Below, piece after piece: positions 44,647 through 57,069 of a DNA stretch of 64,000 nt. A model generated the notes under the pieces. The model did not search any database. It worked only from the letters and a program-made list of their open reading frames with translations, and was not told where the DNA came from. Each line of letters starts with the position of its first letter. Position 1 is the stretch's first letter. The stretch is from Chrysomallon squamiferum (lineage: Eukaryota > Animalia > Mollusca). The stretch lies in contig CM022668.1 of the NCBI GenBank assembly GCA_012295275.1, forward strand, positions 15,066,001 to 15,130,000, written 5' to 3'. The translations under genes were made by a program, and so were the position numbers.

Positions 44647-44765
44647 GACGGCGTCACTCTGTTGTCGACCCGACGGCGACGAAGTTTTTTGTCTTGACAA
44701 CAGAAAGAGTCCCAGTTTTTAACACGGAACGTAACGTCGGGCATTCCCGTTTCACGAAAGCGTAA

Positions 44766-44803
44766 TGACGTCACGTTAATTTTGGTTTTGGTTTATGACG
44801 TCA
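44766..44803. promoter_or_regulatory. Tandem CRE pair upstream of the 44.5-kb candidate exon
   Basis: TGACGTCA at 44766 and 44796, both in ATGACGTCACG. Confidence 0.65.
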
Positions 44804-45441
44804 CGAGCTAGTTGCTTAGTTGATCCGTCGTTTCGGACGGCACTGTAGGTACTAGCTTCATTTTGTGAGCGTTTACACGCATCTCATAGAAGAAAAAAAG
44901 AGAATGATTTCTTTCCAAAAGTCGATTCGTGGTAAACTTATCCTTATTTAATAAATATATCTCCTATGTATATCTTCATGAAGTGAAAAACAACGACTTT
45001 GATAATACGTTAGGACGTTATAAACAAGAAACGCACAGTTTATTTCGCCCGTTATTCATGAATGTGAAAAAATTAATCCATCTTCGGCGACTGTGTAATT
45101 TTGTGAAAAATTTCCAACTGCCGCAAAGTCTAACGTATTTCGTCCTCCGAAACGAAATCGTGTAACGGTAACATGCACAGACAGGGTCGAATCCACCACG
45201 CCCCAATCGTGATCATCAAACTCTCAAAAACAACACTACGAGGGTGGCAACACAAAAACGCAAGGGTGGTGGTGGTAGCCACACCAACGAAACTATCCGT
45301 CAGTGTGTTTCTTTATAATCCTGATCGATATTCGTTCACATGAGGAAAACGACCCATCAGGGCAGAACATTCAGTGAACATATCACTTTTAAATTTGTTT
45401 GCCGGCAGATCAATAAAATAAATCCTGTTCCGTGTTGTTTT

Positions 45442-45481
<40 letters not shown>

Positions 45482-46370
45482 CTTCACTGAATCGTTTTGC
45501 ACGTTTTACCTAGTGTTCGGGTTGTCTTCCGGGAAATGTCGCGCGCACACCACCGACGAAACACAACGAATGACCGCAAAGAACCGAGAGAAAGAAAGCA
45601 ACAATTTTCTCAACCATCCCCAACCGAGAGACAAAAACAGAAAAAAGAAGAAGAAAAAAAAATAAAAAATCTGTCTTTGTGACGAAATAAAAACCACTGA
45701 CTATAAAGATCGACTTAGAAAAAAAAAAAAAAAAATATTATTTTTTTTTATTTTCTCAACTGCTTAACAGAATAACACAGAACCCTCCCAGGAAAGACGG
45801 AGACACACAAAATAAACCAAAAAACCAAAAAAAAAAAAAACGTTCGTCGTCTGAACGAAAACCGTGGACTTTTTCTTCAACAGCACTGACAGCGAGGGGA
45901 AAGTCAATGGGTAATCTAAGATGTGTTATTGGCGATAACGGAATCAATCAGCTGCCTACAGAAGCAGCTGACTGGGAGCACCAACCGTCCATGTTCGGCC
46001 TGCACCGAGCGAGCAAGCCAAGTCAGTTACAGCAGATGGTGTCACCAGAACCTATCAATAATGGACGAGTGAAAATATGGCACACACGGAGCGACGGTGT
46101 GGCTAATTTCTTCTTCAATACGACGTCTGCTGCTGCTGCTGCTCGATCGCAAACAAGCAAGCGAACAAGGTGGAGGAAGCGTTTGCTCGCATCCGTGAAA
46201 ATAATTAAACTTGGAGTGTCTGGCGCAGACGACGGACTTTTATGGTTAAATTAGATGTCAACCTTGGTTTTTTTTTTTTTAAATGTCTGCTGTCGTTTTT
46301 TTTTTTCCTCTTTTTTTTTTTATTTTTTTAAAGTCTGCTGTGATTTTTTAACTTGTTGCTGGGTGTTTTG

Positions 46371-46408
<38 letters not shown>

Positions 46409-47150
46409 GTTCGGGTTTTATTATCTGTGGTGGTTTTTAAACTGTTTGTGTGGTTATAAAAATCTGCTGTGATTTTTGATCTCTACCACTGTTTTTTCGA
46501 AACCTGATTTAGTTTTGTTAAAATCCTGTTTCAGTGGTGCACGGAATGTGCTTCGAGGAAGCTGATTAATTTTTATTTTTATTTTTTATATTTTGTATGT
46601 TACAATTTATTTTAACGTCCGCACCAACAGAGAAAATATTGTTTTCGAACCAAAGTGTCAGAAGAAAAGGTAAGCGCTTTTGATGGCGAAATACAACGTA
46701 GGTTTGCAAATATAAACAATAGAAATAATAATAATTAATAATAATTAATAATAATTAATAATAATAATAATTTAAAAAAAAAATAATATCAGGTAAGGTT
46801 TAATAATAGTTTCATCAGCTAAATAATTTGAAGAGGAAAAATGTAAACCTGTAGTTGTCAGTCCAGCAGCTTGTGCATAACGAAACAGCAGGCATTCACC
46901 AAACACTTTTTTCTTTGTTAGTAAATGTTAGGTAGTGAAGTGTTTAATTTTTCTCTTTTACAATAATTCAAAATTTTAGAAAAAGAAACTAAACATTATA
47001 CTTAATTTGTAACTTTATCGCAAATTAACGATATTAGTCGTTACAGTTTGATTAACAACGAAAATCGACTGCACCATTGTTACTTCTTAAATTATTAATC
47101 AACTGTTGGTTAATTAACGCTAGCTGTAATTGCTGATGTCTCTTACAATG

Positions 47151-47267
47151 GTCGCTGTAGTTTCTAAAAGTGATGGATGTCACAGTGGTTGCTGTAGTTT
47201 CTGAAACTGACGTTTGTCGCAGTCGTTGATGTAGTTTTCGAAACTGTCGTCTCTAACAGTAGTTGTC
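47151..47267. repeat. Diverged 37-bp tandem repeat, 3 copies
   Basis: GT(C/T)G(C/A)TGTAGTTT… starts at 47151, 47188, 47225. Confidence 0.8.
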
Positions 47268-47493
47268 ACAAACGCAGAAAATATTATCATTTTTTCTTCT
47301 GAAAACTACTGTCATTTATGTCTTTAAATAGTCAAAATTTCATAATCTGATTTTTAGATACAGTCACTTTCGTTCCTGAACATAATTCACCGTAAATAAT
47401 ACGGTTTAATTTTGACAGAACATCACTCATGGATACGAAAAACCCGAGCGAAAGAAGAGGAAGACCTCATTCGCTCGTCACAAGAAAACGTAC

Positions 47494-47546
47494 GTACACC
47501 AGGTTACGCGAAATACGTAAAGAAACACTTTCACAAGCCGGACCAT
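47494..47546 (-). CDS. Weak candidate first coding exon: MVRLVKVFLYVFRVTWC(T), phase-2 end
   Basis: ATG in GGGATGG context, 17 codons + AC then GTACGT; lies in a CpG-rich island. A phase-1 GTACGT donor four bases earlier is equally possible. Confidence 0.25.
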
Positions 47547-48673
47547 CCCAGTATTGTGTCGTTTTGTTGTGTTGTGAAAACGACACAGTGAAGACCACAC
47601 CTCAGTAACACGTAGGAACTGGTCGCGAACAACACCATCAGTTTTCTTAGGCTTAAGAACTACACAGACGCACACTAATCTTCATTTCCCACTCACGGAA
47701 TCCTCCAGCGAGACTGTGTGATTTATTGTGGTTTAAGACGCTACTCAAACACTTAGGCGTGGTGGCGAAAAGGCAGCAGAGAGAAAAAAAAAAAAAAAAA
47801 AAAAAAAGAAATCCCACTTTGCTTGAAAAACGTATCGATGTTGGGAGTTTTTGTTATTGGAATCTTTGGCTTTTCTGTTCCAGTATTGATCAGAAACATG
47901 CAATTAATTCTTATTGACAGATATCACTTTTCCAAATGCAGTCTTTGCAAAGTCGCCCGCCTTCTATCGCGGCTTTTAGCGTTCCTGGTCTTCGCCGACT
48001 TCGGATAGAAAATTAATATTCTTTTCAAGAATGCGAGAAAACAACACGAAGACGGTTTCAAATCAAAGGAGGAGGTCACGAGGTCAACAGATGTCCAACC
48101 GGCCTAACCACATCAATTCCTCGTCAGACGGCGACCACAGAAATATCTTCTTCATTCGACGCTGACCACTGGTCAGTGCAAAACCTCGGTAGCCGAACGA
48201 CGAGCTGTACCGATCTCCGAAAACAGTTCGATCTAATAAAAGTACCGGCGGCTGAGATATTCCTGGTCTGTTTGGTTTCTGATCCAGAATACGAGAGCGG
48301 AAAGTCCGAGACACGTCCAAAGCAATACTCGACCAATTTGCAGTATTGACGTCCGCCGTGTCTATATGCCCTAACCATTCTCCATTCTGGTCAACAGCTT
48401 TTACAAGATTATCGAGATACAAAACACAGTATTCTTCGTCGTCTTCTTCTTCTTCTTCTTATTATTAACTTCAGACTTCCAACGAAAAGCTCTCTTTATT
48501 TTTAGTCTCTCCCCTTTTCACATCTCAATCATCCTTGTCAGTGTCCCAACAGGTTTCAATCTACAACATCGGGTTCTTTTTAATTGAGACGTCCGAGGCG
48601 ATTCAAAGCAATCAGTGTGTTTCTTTGTATAGCGGCTCTGTCAAAACGTACTAAAACAGAGAGCGCGGGCGAA

Positions 48674-48704
<31 letters not shown>

Positions 48705-50152
48705 GGGGGAACGCTAAAAAGCAAAAAAGCAATTCGTCGAATCGACAAGCCTTTTGAAAGATTTGAAAAAGGATAAAAAGAAAAAGAAAGAAAAAGACGA
48801 TGAGGGGATTAAGAGGTCTGACATTTCGTCAATAATTTACCAAGATTCTGAAATATCGCGTAGTTTAAGACGTTGAAGACTTTTGTCATCTAAGAAACTT
48901 TCCCCTTTTAAATTAAGTGTCGGTTTCCTGCTTTGTGTTAGTTTTCGCTAGAGAAAGTGTCAACAAATAAAGAAAACGGGATGGATTTAATTAAAAAAAA
49001 AAAAAAAAAAAAATACTTGTCGTATTAATCATCGTCTCCTTAAGAAAAATTAAAAGTAAGAATGGAAATAATAAAAAAGTATATTAGGAATCGTCTTAAG
49101 TGATTTTAAAAGAAATTGAGCACAAGTAAATAAATTGATCTGTTTCGGATCTCTCACAAAACTTTCAAACGAAATCGTTAAGAGAAAGTGTTAGGGATTT
49201 TGTACCTAAGAGATTTTAGGCGAAATTGAGTAAATAAATATTTATAAATATAAGAAAAAAAAAAAAAAAAGAAGAAAAAAGAAAGAATGGCAAGGCAAGT
49301 AAGACATTTTAATTCAAAATCTGAGAGATTTCAAGAGATTTTAATTTTATGAAGCCCAAGATGACATCGCCCGGAATATTACCCCTATCCTACCTAAACC
49401 ACTTCAAGAGAAAGTAAGTAAATAAACAAAACAATAAAATAAAGCACAGAGACAGCTCAATTTTAGACATCCTGATATTAACGAAGTCTGAAAGATAGTT
49501 ACGAGTTAAAGAAACCACTTCTAGAATGAAGGGATGAATGAATGAATGAGCAAAGGAATAAATGAATTAATCAATTAATGAATTAATGAATAAGATGACA
49601 CAAATTTACTAGACAGCCGTTTCTCAACAAATCTGAAAGTTTGTGGAAAAAAACTAAAACGACGGTACAAGAAAAACTATTACAGATTCACGAATTTGTA
49701 TTAATACGAATAATGATAAAAATAAAAGTAAATAACAGTAGACAAAAAACAAACAAACAAACAAACAAATAAATTAAATGAAATTAAACATCCAACAAAA
49801 CAACTAAACCAGCACAACATTTCGTCATAATCATTTTCCTCTCACATCTCGCTCGCTAATGAGTTATAAACGGAGCAGAATCTATTAACACCGTTTGTGA
49901 GCGTCACGTGGTCTTCTCGATTTCCGCTATTTCCCTTTTCTTCCTGTTCCCGTGTACCCAGAAAGCCTGCCTGAGTCTTATTGTGCCAGTTTCCTTAATC
50001 TGACTTCTTGGAAAGAATTCGAGGTCGATCGACAACCCACCGATAGATGTCGCTGTTTTAGCCAGACTCTTACTCGACAAAAATTAATGGAAAATCCAGC
50101 GTGACTGAGACACTGAATAATTTAGTTTATTCTCACTTTTGTGTGAAAATCT

Positions 50153-50194
<42 letters not shown>

Positions 50195-51159
50195 CAACTA
50201 TTATTCCTGTTTTGTTTTTTTTTTTTTTTTGGGTGTCACAAAATGTCTGAGAATTTTTTTTTTTTTTTTTTTGTAGTGTTCTGTTTTTCTGATTAGGTAG
50301 ACGGTTGAATAACTGCGTAGATATAACAAGGGATAAATATTCGAACAGACTGTCAGACAGACAAACAGACAAACTGTAGAGATAGGTAGGTAGGTATGTG
50401 GGCGAACAAACGGACAGACAGAGAGTCAGATAGACAGACATCCAAAAATATATTTTATATACACTTACATATATCGATATATATATATATACACAGACAC
50501 ACACATACGCATATACACACAGACTGATAGATAGACATAGATACACAAACAGACAAACAGACAAGCAGAAATGCAGGTAGGCAGACCTAGATATTGAACT
50601 GAACTATAAAAAAACCAAAAACAGATCAATGCATGGACGAGGAAAAAATGACTAAAACGTACGAACGAAAAAAGGAAAAAACAAATTTGTACTCTATAAT
50701 TACTAAAACCGCCAAACGTCCCAGAAAGGAAATAGGAAACAGGTTTTCTCTGAGCTCCATAAATAAGTAATCGCTAATTCCGATGTGGTATTGTGTTTAG
50801 AAAAAACAAAAAAAAAAAGAACCGTTATTGAACTGTTATGATATCATTTTAATGCCAGCGTTAACAGAAGCCCTTACAATGGCTTTGTTGTGTAAATGGG
50901 ATAAAATCAGCCAGCTTTTTCTCTGTGTTCTCCATTGTTAGACGTCGTCAACAGAAGGATCACGTATCTGCCGTGGACGTTGTTGTAAAGAAGCATTTGT
51001 CTTTTAATGGTAATGATAATAAAAATAATAATAATAATAATAATTATAGTGATTTTGTGTTTAGATATGAAACAAACAATTATGTGTATTGATAAATTCT
51101 TTATGTGTGTTAAAAAAACTGTATAACGAGGTTTGATTTGAGTTACCTTTTTTTTTTTT

Positions 51160-51234
51160 TTTTTTCTATAAATGTACTTTTATTTCTGTTTATTTTTATT
51201 TTTTTCTATAAATGTACTTTTATTTCTGTTTATT
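51160..51234. repeat. 40-bp tandem duplication
   Basis: TTTTTTCTATAAATGTACTTTTATTTCTGTTTATT twice, period 40. Confidence 0.9.
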
Positions 51235-51988
51235 AGTATATTTTTTTTAATTGTTATTGTTACTGAACTGGTTTGGTTGTATGCGTGTCTGAACATGTGT
51301 TTTTATCTGTGTGTATGAATGTATGTATGTCTGATTTTTAATGTTTGGTGATGAAAAATGTACTAGGAAGTGCATGCAGTCTTGAAAATGCAATTCCCGA
51401 GCCTGTTTTTGTTGTTAGCATCATCATCATCATCATCATAATCATCATCAACGGTATCATTTTTATTATTCTTGCTTCTTTTTATATTGAATTACGATTT
51501 TGTTGTTGCTATTTTGATATTAGTATTACGTTTAAATTTCTACAGACGAAACAATCACTACTCTTATCTTACGGATTAGCAGCAAGATTTATTTCATATG
51601 CACCTTCTCATAAACAGCAGTATTCTAAGTCCGTTTAATAGCAACTCAATAGTGAAACTGAGGAGATTTGCCTTTCTGCAGCTGAGAGAATCTCTCTGAT
51701 GACTAGGGATTAACCAGTAGCTGGTTCTGAACACAGTCTGAATACTTAGTATGGAAAAGTGTGAAACAGAATCGAGAGAACAAAAGTTACATAGAGTTAA
51801 TAGGTCGTCACATCAAAACATGAAACACATTATTGTTATCATTATTATTACTGCTTCTACTACTATTACTGCTACTGCTACTGCTACTACTATTGTTGGT
51901 GTTGTCGTATTCAAATAATAAAACGAACAAACAAAATCAGAGAAACAAACAAACAAACAAAAAAAAGAAAGAAAAAAAGGAGAAAGAA

Positions 51989-52066
<78 letters not shown>

Positions 52067-52962
52067 AATGAATGTAAATTACGAAAGACAAGTAATTAAT
52101 ATATGAAACAAAGAATTAAAGGAATGAAAAAAAAAAGAAACAATCCTATAACTGCAATAAAAAAGAAATAAAATGAAAACAAAAATATAGAGAAAGAAAG
52201 AAAAGGAAAAGGAAAAGGAGAAGAAAAGCAGATGGAAATAAAATGGATAAAAAAGAATAATAATAAATTGATGAACAAATATTAAGTGACACACCAACAA
52301 AAAGAAAACGCATGATAATAGAATAACACAAGAATTATACGAAAAAGAAAGAAAAAAGAAAAATACTAACAATATTAATTTTGATGACATGTCGGAATAA
52401 GGAAAAGATGATTATAATAATACAATTTAAAAAAATATATCTATTATTAAGGAAAGCAAAAACAGGAGAAAGGACGAAAGCAGGAAAGAAAGAAATAAAG
52501 AAATAAAGAAAATAAAAGTGTCAAACAAAAACAAAAGTGAGGAAAGAAAAAAAAGAAGGAAAGAAAGTCATAAAGAAAAACCCACGGAAACATAAAGAAA
52601 GAAAGAAAAAAAGAAAGAAAGAAAGAAAGAAAAAATAGCCAACAAAACTTTTAAAGTACTTGACCCAAGTTGAGAACTGTTTGCATTACTGTCTAAGGGA
52701 GATAACACTGACTTGAGACTGTAATAAACTAAACATCATCTGTGTTATAACACAAGAAGGAAAACTGAGAAGAAGAAGAAGAAGAAGAAGAAGAAGAAAG
52801 AAAAGAAGAAGAAGAATGAGAAGAAGAAAAAGAAACAAAAATAATACAGACATAATTATTACAGATTTGCACTTTATCCTGTATGTATATATAACCGGCA
52901 GTTCTATTGTATTTTTTAATGTTTTCACAACACCTTTAACACAGTTGCTCCAAAACAGCAGC

Positions 52963-53025
<63 letters not shown>

Positions 53026-53110
53026 GTAAAAAAAAAAATCTTTAAAAAAGACAAAAGAAAACCAAAAAGAAAAAAACAATATAGAAAATAAAAATAAAAT
53101 ATTCACTTAC

Positions 53111-53274
53111 CTTATTGGACAAGGATATGTTTGAAATTTTAGACCAAAAAGTATCGAGTTCCTATTCCACAACGTAGCCTTGTTAGATAATAAAACCAGA
53201 TAAAGACGATATTATGAACCACATGTGACGTCATATGATCAATGGACTGACGTAATATTATCAGACTGACGTCA
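53111..53274 (-). promoter_or_regulatory. Triple-CRE candidate promoter with short non-coding first exon
   Basis: TGACGTCA (53226), TGACGTAA (53248), TGACGTCA (53267); consensus donor AAG|GTAAGT with last exon base 53111; no minus-strand ATG between 53111 and 53220. Confidence 0.55.
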
Positions 53275-54055
53275 TCTTGTTACTAACTTACTAACATCAA
53301 TAAAAAGGATTTTTTTTTTTTTATCTCCGTGATCCTTCAAGATAGAGTGTTGAAAGTCTCTATTAAATTACATCAAAATAATAAACAACGGATTCGCAAA
53401 ACTAATAGCGAAGTCTTATCTACACTGAAATAATCGTCTATTTATTACACCCTGACAGCCTTTTATATAAATCACGAACAACTTTCATAAATTTCAAAGA
53501 AATACTAGACATTTATTTCGAACACCTGTAGTAATAAAAGAAGCTTTAATTCAAGGACTGGGCACCTAGAGAGGAAATCTCATTTGTTTATTCCAATATT
53601 TAAAAAAAATAAAAAAATAAAAAATAAATAAAACGTCTCCGAACCGCAGAAAACAGAACTCAGGTTTCCGGTCTTCTTCGGCTCAATTCGTGCACGTGCG
53701 TTATCGGAAGTTGGGACCTAATCTCGGGGCAGCTGCGGTTGGTTATTTTCGCATTCGCAGCCAATAACGGCATGTCAAGTCGGCCCGAAAAACGTGAGAT
53801 AAGTTTATTGATGCGCTGAAAAATGACGTCGGGTCAAATAGCGACCATCGTGATGGTATTTTTCATCTCGTTATCTGGTGATACGGAGGCAGGAATTTCT
53901 TTAAATCGCTGCCAATGAATACGCAAACGTTGGTGTGTTTCTTTCCGGGCAGAACGTGAACGACATGGAACCTCTCCTGAACTTTTCAGTTGCGTTTTTT
54001 TTAATGAAAAGTGTGTATTTTTATGAGTGTAATAAACAGCGCGACACAGATATGA

Positions 54056-54168
<113 letters not shown>

Positions 54169-54309
54169 AATGAGAGGAAAAAGAAAGAGAAATGAAGAGT
54201 TACAGGCAGACAGTTGGAGAGATGTACAAATGGAGTAAGAAACACCGTGGAATTTATAATGACAAACAAATTAATTCATAGACAAACAAATAAACAGACA
54301 GACACACAC

Positions 54310-54341
<32 letters not shown>

Positions 54342-56610
54342 AATAAATAAATAAGTAAATATATAAATAACAATCCACGAAGCCACACCTATACATAGAA
54401 CCACACACATACATATATACATACATCCAAATGTTTTAAGTTTCAAACACCTTTTCTAGAAGTAAGTAACAAAGAAATATTAGGGACATAATGTGATATA
54501 GATGCAGTCATGCTAGTTTGATTTAATCCAAAATGAATATTTAACATAATTTTACATTGTGAAACGCAGTTTGTAAAATAAAAAAAAATAAAAATAAAAA
54601 AACAGCACAATATACTCCTCACAGACCAAGCGAGATAACTCCTGCAGGAAAGGTATAAGTATTACAATAGTTATCTCCCTTAACTACCGACTATTACACA
54701 TTTACATATAAAATGCTTTAAATCAGAGTCACAAAGGCAGAATTTTAATCTATTTTTTTGTGAAGTCTTTAACGCAGCTTGTAGCTACATTATGGGCGAA
54801 CAACTGATCAAAACTACGTATATTTGAATGACTTGTACGTACATAAACAACAACAACAAAAAAAACTTTACAAATTTGATGACCGGTGACGTAAGCCTCT
54901 GTATTTCTTAATTCTCTTTTGTCATGCCATTTCTTGTATAAAAGATAAGACCATAGAGATACACGACTAATATATTACCAAACCCGATGGATGAAGTATC
55001 GAGTGATTATTCAAATAAGGTCGCACCCATGATCCTGCTATACTTGTGGATTCTATTCCTGTTCTGTTGACGAACGACTAAGCCAAGAAATATGTATTTT
55101 TTATAGTTTTTATATGACATGGTCAGTGATTCAATGAGATTTATTAGAAGGCAATGGAAGGCAAACCAGGTAGGGTAGCCTGGTGTTTTATTGCCGTGCA
55201 GATCGTCCAAACTGTGAGGTATACAGGCACGTATGGAAGAATATATATACGTATGTATGTGTGGATGTATGTAAGGAGTATGGGTGACCAATCTGGCCAC
55301 CTGTATCTTGCTACATCGTGTCGCTGTATGTTTTATCAATCACAGATGGTGGTTTAAGAATTTACAAACGAGTCTGGCTTTTGATAACTCAACTATAAAG
55401 ATACGTTTAAAAAGTTTAAAGACCGGACATACGGCTTCAGCCAGCATGATTCTGCCACTTTGCACATGCGCAGAACATCTAGAACAAATGGTTCTGGTCA
55501 TCTTGAAAATAGGTTAAAATGATGTGTCTGAGAATGGATGTAGGTGTGTCTGTCTGTGTGTTTCCATGTTCCTGTTTTAATACGAACATATTAAAATTTC
55601 TTAAGCCACACTGTTATCTGTAAAATATATTAATTTATTCACACATACACATACACACACACATAGACACACGCATACATATATATAGGCATATACAAAT
55701 AAGTACCGTGTATGTACAATTCCTCAGTTTCTCTGATTAACTATCATCATTATTATTTTCCATTTATTATTATATAAATAGTTCCATAAAACAAAACAAA
55801 AAAAAGCGAGGGAAAGCAATAGCTCAAACAAGACTAAGTCATCAGTAAAAAATATCTCTAAGGCGTGAACAACACTTTAGCTGCGTTACCAAACCCAACC
55901 AATGCATCGTAGCATAACAGGCGTACTTGTGCATCGCATAGAGACGTAACAAATATAGTTATCTGGTTTATTTAATTATCAGACAATTATTAATCCTGAT
56001 ATAAATTATGACAGTTTAAAACATTGTCTTTGTTTGGAGATTAAATCGTGTTATCAAATGTGGTAAGAATAAAGCAGACAAATATACAAAATGTTCTGTG
56101 TTTTTGTTTCATTTTAAACATTTTCAGAAGCTTGCATTAAAACATTAAAATAATTTTAAAAACTAAATTTAAAAAGTCTAATTTTTTTTCTTTTTTATGA
56201 CTTCCTGCTTGTCAGAAAGATGTATTTAAAACCCTACCATCAAAACATTTTAAAATTCGTACAGTAAACATTTCACAAAATGCTCAGAAATATTCACGCC
56301 TAAACGTGTCCGATTCCTCGCATTCTTAAAACATTTTTTCTCTGAATGTCACTAATTTGTTTAACTCTTCTCTATTATCTTCTCTGACAATCAGTTAGAT
56401 GCGTATCTTCACTAATATTTCCAATGCATTCCATGATAAATATCACTCAGTATTGTTCTCTCAACTTCCTCACTGTATTCTAAGCATCATCATTCTTTCT
56501 GGGTTTTCAAAGAATGTATTACTGTGTATATACAGTTGTTATGTTTCATCAAAACAGAGTTATCAGATGTCATCAATGTATCTGTTATTAATGAAGATTT
56601 TATAAATATT

Positions 56611-56706
<96 letters not shown>

Positions 56707-57058
56707 TGGATATGTATGTATGTATGTATGTATGTAAGTATGTATGATCTATATATGTTTCAGAATACATCGTATGGCATAAATATATAGTAACACATAA
56801 AGGACAGAAAGAAAGAATAATGTGCACAAGTGTGTGTGTGTGTGTGTGTGAAAGAGAGAGAGTGAAGAAGAGAGAGAAAAATAAAATGACAGAAAGAGAA
56901 AGAGAAACTGTCAGTGTATTGTGTCATACTTTCTTTTTACATACATATAAATATACATGCATATTTGTATATAAACAAATACAGAGCACATCTTATACAT
57001 TATTATTATTTACGTTAGCCAACAAATAAAACAAAAATTAATAAACCATCATACTTAC

Positions 57059-57069
57059 ACAAACGCCAT
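57059..57069 (-). CDS. Candidate first coding exon end: MAF(V), phase-2
   Basis: GGAATGGCGTTTGT|GTAAGT: strong start context, upstream in-frame TAA, consensus donor. Very short, so could be chance. Confidence 0.3.

Noticed and set aside
45907-46254. 115-aa plus-strand ORF MGNLRCVIG…
   Set aside because: No recognisable homology or splice structure; better explained as GC-rich promoter/enhancer sequence, though not excluded.
55150-55195. Imperfect hairpin as a pre-miRNA
   Set aside because: Stem too short and bulged; matches no miRNA I recognise.
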